A model generated the notes under the pieces. The model ran no database searches. It had not been told where the DNA came from and was given only the letters and a program-made list of their open reading frames with translations. Source: Nanobdellota archaeon (lineage in GTDB: Archaea; Aenigmatarchaeota; Aenigmatarchaeia; Aenigmatarchaeales; Aenigmatarchaeaceae). From it: 54,865 nucleotides of DNA. The translations under genes and the position numbers were made by a program. Location: assembly GCA_018901655.1 (NCBI GenBank), contig JAHIEG010000013.1, forward strand, positions 1 to 54,865, written 5' to 3'. Positions 48,737 through 54,865 of this stretch are shown here, piece by piece (within the stretch, counting starts at the first letter, position 1; every line of letters begins with the position of its first letter).

Positions 48737-48763
48737 TTAAAGCTTTAACATCCATTAATTAAC

Positions 48764-51451
48764 ATGGATTTTCTAAACCTAATAAAAAAAGGCGTTGAGA
48801 AAGTTAAATCTACTAATAGTACTATTCAACTAGTTACTCATAATGATAGTGTTACAGAAGATAGCGAGATTCTTGTTAAAATCGAAGGCAAATTAAAAAA
48901 AATGAAATTCGAGAATTTATATCAATATTGCCATGATACTTATGGGGAAAGGAAAAGAAAAGACGGAAAAACTTATTCAATACCTAAAAAAATGAAAGTT
49001 TTTTCAGTAAATAAAAATGGTAAGGTTATTCTTGCAGAAGTCAGAGGTATAATAAAACATAAAACTAAGAAAAAAATATACGAAATTAAATCAAAAATAG
49101 GAACAATAAAAGTTACAGAAGATCATTCATTAATAACTTTAAAAGATAATAAATTAGGTATAGAGAGACCAGATAAAATTAAATTTGTCGCATCACCACG
49201 ACATTATAAATTTGGAAAATTTAACCCTCATTTAAATCTTCTAGATTTTAAATCCATTTTACCCGAATTTAAAGTTGTAGATAAACATATAGAAATCAAA
49301 AGAACTAAAAATAAAAACAGAATACCAATTGATATAATTTTAGACGAAGATATGTTTTCATTCTTTGGTATGTGGATTGCTGATGGGAGTTATGCAAAAA
49401 GAAAGGGTGGACAAGGAGTTCATATATCATGCTATAATGATCTAGAATGTAAGAAAATCATAGACAGGATTTTCAAAAGATTTGGAACTGAAAAACCGAC
49501 AGTTTTAGATAACGGTGTAACAGCCACAATCGGCTCATCTACCCTATTTAATCTGATGTATGTTTTAGACCTAAAAGGATATTCTTCAACTAAAAGGGTT
49601 CCTGGATGGATTTTTGGCTTAAAAGAAAATTTAATATCAGCTTTCTTAAGTGGCTACTTTTCAGGTGATGGTACAGTCAGTAAAGGTGACATAAATGCCA
49701 ACAGTGTATCTAAAAAATTATTAGAAGATATACAGACACTTTTATTATTTTTTGGAATAAGATCAATGATAAGAAAGGACACAAAAAGTGGGTTTAACCC
49801 CAAACATGATGGATATAAATTAAGTATAAATGCTAAAAATATGAAAAAAATATTTAAAGAAAGAATAGGATTTTTACAGAAAGAAAAGAATAAAAAGATA
49901 AAATTAGGTATAATAAATAAATCAAATTATAGAGATTATATTCCAATAGAAGAAAACTTAATAAAAGAATTAAGAAAAGAAAATATACATAAGAAATATA
50001 AGGATGCACTTTTATTAGCACTTAAAAATAAAAGAAAGCCAACGAGACATGTATTATCAAAAATACATAATGATTTATCAGATAAAAATAAGAGAATTGT
50101 TTCCAATATCATAAATAACGATATATTCTGGGAAATTCCGGAAGTTAGCTTAGTTTCAAGCAATAAAGAAAATGATGTCTATGATATAGAAACAGAATAT
50201 GGGAACTTTATATGTGAAAATTTTGTATTAAAAAATTCAGATGGAATATCTGCTGCAGCTATTTTGATATATACTTTAATGCATCTTGATAAAAGTTTTC
50301 AACTCTCGGTTGTAAAAAAAATAAGTTCTAAACTAATTGATGATATTAATGAAAGAGAACCTGAACTAACTATATTTACTGACATTGGTTCAAGTTATCC
50401 AAAAGAGATAAAAAAATTAAAATCAGATATTATAATCATAGATCATCATGATCTAAAAGAAGAATACGGAACTAACGTAATTCACATCAATCCTATGATG
50501 TTTGAGGTAAGGGGTCTATCTGGATCAGGTACAACTTATATATTTTCACAAGAAGTTCTAAAAACTAATATTTTAGCACCAATAGCCTTAGTTGGAACTG
50601 TTGGAGATTCAGAAGAAGGTAGTTACTTCATATTTGATGATATTGACACGATTGAAAGAAAAAGAGGATTAGACTTATATGGCCGTTTTTCTCGTCCACT
50701 TCATAATGCTTTACAATACTCTTCAAACCTAACTCATATAACAGATGAATCAAAAGCTATTCAATTTTTAGCAGAAGTTGGAATTAACATAAAAAATGGA
50801 GATGATTTTAGAACACTTGGAGATTTGTCTGAAGAAGAATATCAAAAACTATGTGATTCCTTAATTCAGGAGCAATTAAAAACTGGACAAAATATCGAAA
50901 AGCTATTTGGAGATGTTTGGACATTAAAACATTTTCCTCAAGGTGTGCAAGATGTAAAAGAATTTTCTACGTTATTAAATGGTTGTGGAAGAATGGGAGA
51001 AGGCGCAGTTGGAATTGCAATATGTCTTGGAAGTAAAAAAGCACTTGAACAGTCTAAAAGCGTGATTAGAAAATATAGAACAATTTTAAGAAATTCATTA
51101 AGATGGGTTGAAAATAATCCAAAATCTGTAAGACAGAGTAAACACGCAACATATATCACGGCTGGAGATAACATAAGTGAACATATAATTGGAACAATTG
51201 TTTCTATGTGCTTTAATGATCAAGCTGGTAAACCTATATTTGGATTTGCAAATGCAGAAGATGAAATTAAAGTTTCAGTTAGAGCTTCTGGAATCGATAT
51301 AAACAAGATAATAAATGAAGCTGCTGAATTTGTTGAAGGAAGCGCAGGAGGTCATTATCAAGCTGCAGGAGCTAGAATACCAATTGGAACTGAAGATAGG
51401 TTTATAGAAAAATGTGACGAAATGTTAGGAAACCTTTATAAAGTTAAATAA
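48764..51451 (+). CDS. RecJ-like DHH/DHHA1 phosphoesterase, intein-containing
   Basis: HND[intein]SDG, TDIGS, IDHH, GTVGD, GGHYQAAGA; uS15-DHH-eS1 context. Confidence 0.92.
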   Translation: MDFLNLIKKGVEKVKSTNSTIQLVTHNDSVTEDSEILVKIEGKLKKMKFENLYQYCHDTYGERKRKDGKTYSIPKKMKVFSVNKNGKVILAEVRGIIKHKTKKKIYEIKSKIGTIKVTEDHSLITLKDNKLGIERPDKIKFVASPRHYKFGKFNPHLNLLDFKSILPEFKVVDKHIEIKRTKNKNRIPIDIILDEDMFSFFGMWIADGSYAKRKGGQGVHISCYNDLECKKIIDRIFKRFGTEKPTVLDNGVTATIGSSTLFNLMYVLDLKGYSSTKRVPGWIFGLKENLISAFLSGYFSGDGTVSKGDINANSVSKKLLEDIQTLLLFFGIRSMIRKDTKSGFNPKHDGYKLSINAKNMKKIFKERIGFLQKEKNKKIKLGIINKSNYRDYIPIEENLIKELRKENIHKKYKDALLLALKNKRKPTRHVLSKIHNDLSDKNKRIVSNIINNDIFWEIPEVSLVSSNKENDVYDIETEYGNFICENFVLKNSDGISAAAILIYTLMHLDKSFQLSVVKKISSKLIDDINEREPELTIFTDIGSSYPKEIKKLKSDIIIIDHHDLKEEYGTNVIHINPMMFEVRGLSGSGTTYIFSQEVLKTNILAPIALVGTVGDSEEGSYFIFDDIDTIERKRGLDLYGRFSRPLHNALQYSSNLTHITDESKAIQFLAEVGINIKNGDDFRTLGDLSEEEYQKLCDSLIQEQLKTGQNIEKLFGDVWTLKHFPQGVQDVKEFSTLLNGCGRMGEGAVGIAICLGSKKALEQSKSVIRKYRTILRNSLRWVENNPKSVRQSKHATYITAGDNISEHIIGTIVSMCFNDQAGKPIFGFANAEDEIKVSVRASGIDINKIINEAAEFVEGSAGGHYQAAGARIPIGTEDRFIEKCDEMLGNLYKVK
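48848..50236 (+). mobile_element. intein (463 aa) with LAGLIDADG endonuclease
   Basis: N-term SVTEDS, block B VTEDHS, GMWIADG and GYFSGDG, block F VYDIET, C-term KN followed by Ser+1. Confidence 0.92.
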
Positions 51452-51471
51452 GTTAATAATGAGTGATACAT

Positions 51472-52020
51472 ATGGCAAAACCAATAATCAAAGAATGGTA
51501 TGATATAACATCACCTAAATATTTTGGAAGAAAAGTAATTGGACAAAGTCTAACAACAGACCCAAATAGACTATTAAACAGAGTTATTGAAGTAAGTCTT
51601 GTAGAATTAACAGGAGAAGCAACCAAGTATTACATAAAATTATATTTCAAAGCTGATAAAATTGAAGGAACAAAAGTAAGTACAGTCTTCTTTGGACACG
51701 ACACTACAAGAGATTTTGTAGCAAGAATAGTACAATTAGGAACAGATAGAATAGATACAAATAACATAGTTCAATTAAAAGATGGAAAAATGAGAATTAA
51801 AAGTATTATAATCACAAATGGTAATGTTAAAAGGGGGTTGGAAAGAGTAATAAGAAAAACCGCAATTGATGAAATTAAAATCGAGTTAGAAGATATGACA
51901 ATTGATGATTTCTTAAAAAACATGGTAACTGGAAGTTTACAAAAGAAACTTAGAAAGAAATTAAGCAAGCTTCATCCACTTAGACAATTTGAATTTAACA
52001 AATCTCAAATTTTAATTTAA
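51472..52020 (+). CDS. rps3ae: 30S ribosomal protein eS1 (S3Ae)
   Basis: KEWYDITSPKYFG, RVIEVSL.ELTG, KLHPLR. Confidence 0.92.
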   Translation: MAKPIIKEWYDITSPKYFGRKVIGQSLTTDPNRLLNRVIEVSLVELTGEATKYYIKLYFKADKIEGTKVSTVFFGHDTTRDFVARIVQLGTDRIDTNNIVQLKDGKMRIKSIIITNGNVKRGLERVIRKTAIDEIKIELEDMTIDDFLKNMVTGSLQKKLRKKLSKLHPLRQFEFNKSQILI

Positions 52021-52223
52021 TATTCTTCTACATGAACAACAGCTGTTGTTATCCAGAACATTCCACCAATCATTATCAGTATAAAGCTTATAATATAGGA
52101 CAATACTATTGAGATTGTAGATGCTCCTAAAACTTCTGGCTCAATATTTCCACCAATTAGGATTCCAAAAAATATACAAAGCGTTCCAATTGCCCAAAAA
52201 GCCAAAGCTCTATTATTTGTCAT
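52017..52223 (-). CDS. small 2-TM membrane protein
   Basis: 68 aa, two hydrophobic segments. Confidence 0.65.
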   Translation of the reverse strand: MTNNRALAFWAIGTLCIFFGILIGGNIEPEVLGASTISIVLSYIISFILIMIGGMFWITTAVVHVEEY

Positions 52224-52267
52224 ACAAATGAATTTAGTTTTCAGATTTATAAAACCTTACTATAGAA

Positions 52268-53947
52268 TTAATTTCTCCATTTATTATGAAGATTCTTCCA
52301 TGGAGTTCTTTTTTTATAAACATTTTCATAGTAATAATAACCTACAACACCAGCAATAATTAATATTACGAGCACCCAAATCCATGTATTGCTTCTTTCT
52401 GTTTCTTCTACTGTTTCTGATGTATCAACTGTTTCATCAGCTGGTTCTGCAAACTGTGTACCTTCAATTATAAAATATGAAAAACCTGTACTTGTTGCTT
52501 CAAACAAGTAATTTGTACTGTCATCTGAAACTTGTTTAGTTGAAAGTTTTTCCCAACCCTCATTCCATCTTTTCATTACAATTGTATCTAAATCTATTTC
52601 ATTAAACTCAACCCAAGATTTTGCTACTTTAAATTGTATTTTAACCTTACTAATATCTTCATCTTCCATTCTTGTCTGAACAAAATTAAAATATTTGTAT
52701 ACTGTTCCTGTAGGACTATCTACATTGCTTGGAAGTGTAGTTAATTTAGTTATTTTAAGAACGGCATTAGTCATTTCATTTTTTGCAGTTATCATAACTT
52801 TTGGTATACCAAGATCTGCATCAGTAAATGTCATTGTTTTGGTTTGACCTGCAGGAATAGTATTTATTTCAACTGTTTGTTCTATAGTTGTACTGCCTCC
52901 AGTACCGCCAGTTCCACCACTGCTAGCAAGTGTAACTGTCAATGTTCTAGTAACAGTTGATGAATTAGAATAATTTGCATTTCCAGTTATGTTTGCTTTG
53001 TAAACATATGTTCCTACTAATTTTGTTGTAGTTTGATATGTAGTTGATAATAAAACATTATCTAAATAAAGTCTTAGTGTTCCTATTCCTGAATGTGTTT
53101 TTGCAGCAGTTGCGTTTACAGATGTTCCAGATGTTACAGATATGTCTGTTTGATATCCATTAAGATACAGCAAAGCCAGGTTTGATGTATTTTGTGTAAT
53201 ATTGAAATGGAAGTGTTTTGAAGTCGCTGAATAATTAGCGTTTCCAGATGTATTATAATCATAATAAACATTTCCAACACCCCAAGTTTCTGATTGGTTG
53301 TTTGGTCCACTTGCAGTTATATCTGTTGTTGTATTTCTATAAAAATTAAATTGAATATTTTGTTCAGTAAACACAGATGTACTATAATTAGCAGTTACGT
53401 TCATGGCATCTCCGCTATATTGTTTAGTTAGATTTGCTTCAGCTCCATCAATTGTTAAATTCATCCAAGAATCAGTTGTTGTGTTTTGGGCAATTACATA
53501 TGTTACATTAGAAGTTTGGTTCCATGCACCATTATCTGTTCCATTTACAAACCATTCATAATAATATAATCCTGCACCGGTAAAATGATCTTGTACAAAA
53601 TTAATATAACAATTTGTTTGATTATTTGCAACATCAATTGTTTCCATTACTGGTATATCTGAAGATATAGCCGTATAATTTCTGAAGATTCCTGAAAAAT
53701 TTGCTGTAAAAGTACAATTACCAGGATGGTTTTCAGTTGAATTTGTTATATTTATTTCAAACCCATAATTTGTTAATGGTGCATATTGACTATTATTTGT
53801 AATTGATTCATTTGTTACTTCTACAAAAATTGGACTTCCTGTTTCAGGTACTGCAAATGCTGGAAATACAAATAACATAACTACTAAAATTATAACTATG
53901 CTTAGAATACCGTACTTAACTGCTCCGATTAAACCTTTACTATTCAT
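52268..53947 (-). CDS. cell-surface glycoprotein with PGF-pre-PGF domain
   Basis: Signal peptide, many NxS/T sequons, GGTGG linker, VYKYF...FKVAKSW...TGFSYF domain, C-terminal TM. Confidence 0.85.
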   Translation of the reverse strand: MNSKGLIGAVKYGILSIVIILVVMLFVFPAFAVPETGSPIFVEVTNESITNNSQYAPLTNYGFEINITNSTENHPGNCTFTANFSGIFRNYTAISSDIPVMETIDVANNQTNCYINFVQDHFTGAGLYYYEWFVNGTDNGAWNQTSNVTYVIAQNTTTDSWMNLTIDGAEANLTKQYSGDAMNVTANYSTSVFTEQNIQFNFYRNTTTDITASGPNNQSETWGVGNVYYDYNTSGNANYSATSKHFHFNITQNTSNLALLYLNGYQTDISVTSGTSVNATAAKTHSGIGTLRLYLDNVLLSTTYQTTTKLVGTYVYKANITGNANYSNSSTVTRTLTVTLASSGGTGGTGGSTTIEQTVEINTIPAGQTKTMTFTDADLGIPKVMITAKNEMTNAVLKITKLTTLPSNVDSPTGTVYKYFNFVQTRMEDEDISKVKIQFKVAKSWVEFNEIDLDTIVMKRWNEGWEKLSTKQVSDDSTNYLFEATSTGFSYFIIEGTQFAEPADETVDTSETVEETERSNTWIWVLVILIIAGVVGYYYYENVYKKRTPWKNLHNKWRN

Positions 53948-54051
53948 TAAATAGCCCCGCTTATGTTTAATATTTCTGAAAACTTACATATAAAGATTAT
54001 TATAATTTTTAATTATTCTATAATATAATTTAACTTCTAAGAAATACGGTT

Positions 54052-54864
54052 TTAATTTTTTGATTTAACACGACGTTCTTTTTTATGCTTATTTGAATAG
54101 GTGTAAAAGCCTATTATTAAAATTACTACAATTATTCCAATTACCATCCAGTTTGTTTCTTTAAGTGGTTCAATAATTTCTTCTGTAGCTGTTGTGTCTT
54201 CAACAGGTGCTGCAAATTGTGTACCTGTAATTGCAAAGTATGAAAATCCGCTTGTTTCTGCTTCATAATATGTGTATGTTGAATCTTCAGATGTCTTGAC
54301 AGTTGGTAATTTATTCCATCGTGTTATCCATCTATTCAACGCTACTGTATCTGGGTCTATGTTATTATCTGTTAACCAACTATTTGTTACCTTAAATTTG
54401 ATTTTTGCTGTTGACAAATCTGTTTCAGATATCTTTGTTGGAGTGAATTGAAGATATTTATACACTTCTCCTACCACGATTGATATGTCTGAAGGCAATG
54501 CTGATAAAGTTCCTATTTTCAATTCAATATTATTTAATGTATTTTTTGCAGTTATATCAACAGATGATACACCAAGATTAGTGTCAGTAAATATCATTGT
54601 TTTAGTCTCTCCTGCCAAAATTTGAGTTATTGAAACTGTTTGTTCTGTTGTTTCTGTTACAAATCCACCTGCTGAACTGCCAGCTGTTGAGGATGCCGCT
54701 GCTGTAGTCGTTCCTAATGCTGGAACAGAATAACGTATTGAAACACTTGAAACACCATTTTGTTGTGAATTTAATATTATTGAACCTGTTGTCCAATTAT
54801 AATAAGTTTGTCCATTGACATAAACAGTAATATTATTACAATCAGATGGTCCTTGATTTATTCT
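54052..54864 (-). CDS. second PGF-pre-PGF surface protein (5' end beyond the window)
   Basis: Frame stays open to the window edge; VYKYL...FKVTNSW...SGFSYFAI, C-terminal TM plus basic tail. Confidence 0.85.
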   Translation of the reverse strand, partial: RINQGPSDCNNITVYVNGQTYYNWTTGSIILNSQQNGVSSVSIRYSVPALGTTTAAASSTAGSSAGGFVTETTEQTVSITQILAGETKTMIFTDTNLGVSSVDITAKNTLNNIELKIGTLSALPSDISIVVGEVYKYLQFTPTKISETDLSTAKIKFKVTNSWLTDNNIDPDTVALNRWITRWNKLPTVKTSEDSTYTYYEAETSGFSYFAITGTQFAAPVEDTTATEEIIEPLKETNWMVIGIIVVILIIGFYTYSNKHKKERRVKSKN

Positions 54865-54865
54865 G

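Noticed and set aside
54052-54865. Short or frameshifted 188-aa ORF
   Set aside because: The frame is open to the window edge; the gene is merely truncated by the window

Overview
AT-rich, gene-dense archaeal chromosome segment. The reduced gene content, cysteine-rich surface proteins and many ORFans suggest a DPANN-type lineage (inference). The backbone is housekeeping: argS, archease/rtcB, rpo4-DUF655, trm1, the proteasome-exosome superoperon (psmA, SBDS, rrp4/41/42, eL43, rpo12, pcc1, pfdB), sepF, metG, mre11/rad50, proS, psmB, aCPSF1, the PIN-rpo7-spt4-eS24-eS31-kae1 operon, tatD, aRF1, valS, tRNA-Ile(GAU) with a BHB intron, bud32, uS15-DHH-eS1 and two PGF-pre-PGF surface proteins. Highlights: (1) A free-standing LAGLIDADG gene sits at the 5' end of metG. 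One copy of the MetRS N-terminus is stranded upstream as a 19-codon mini-ORF, and a recoded copy downstream starts the intact gene. (2) A second LAGLIDADG ORF lies in the tRNA-Ile 5' leader with its stop codon inside the tRNA. (3) A LAGLIDADG intein splits the catalytic motif of the RecJ-like DHH nuclease. (4) A WACT-N7-AGTW palindrome recurs at the trmB promoter and at the promoters of four ORFan loci, a candidate TrmB regulon that includes a Gln-ladder beta-solenoid and duplicated CCCH-like zinc fingers. (5) An unannotated Lys-rich 18-aa micropeptide gene is flanked by mutually exclusive RNA hairpins. All calls come from reading motifs by eye; no database searches were run.
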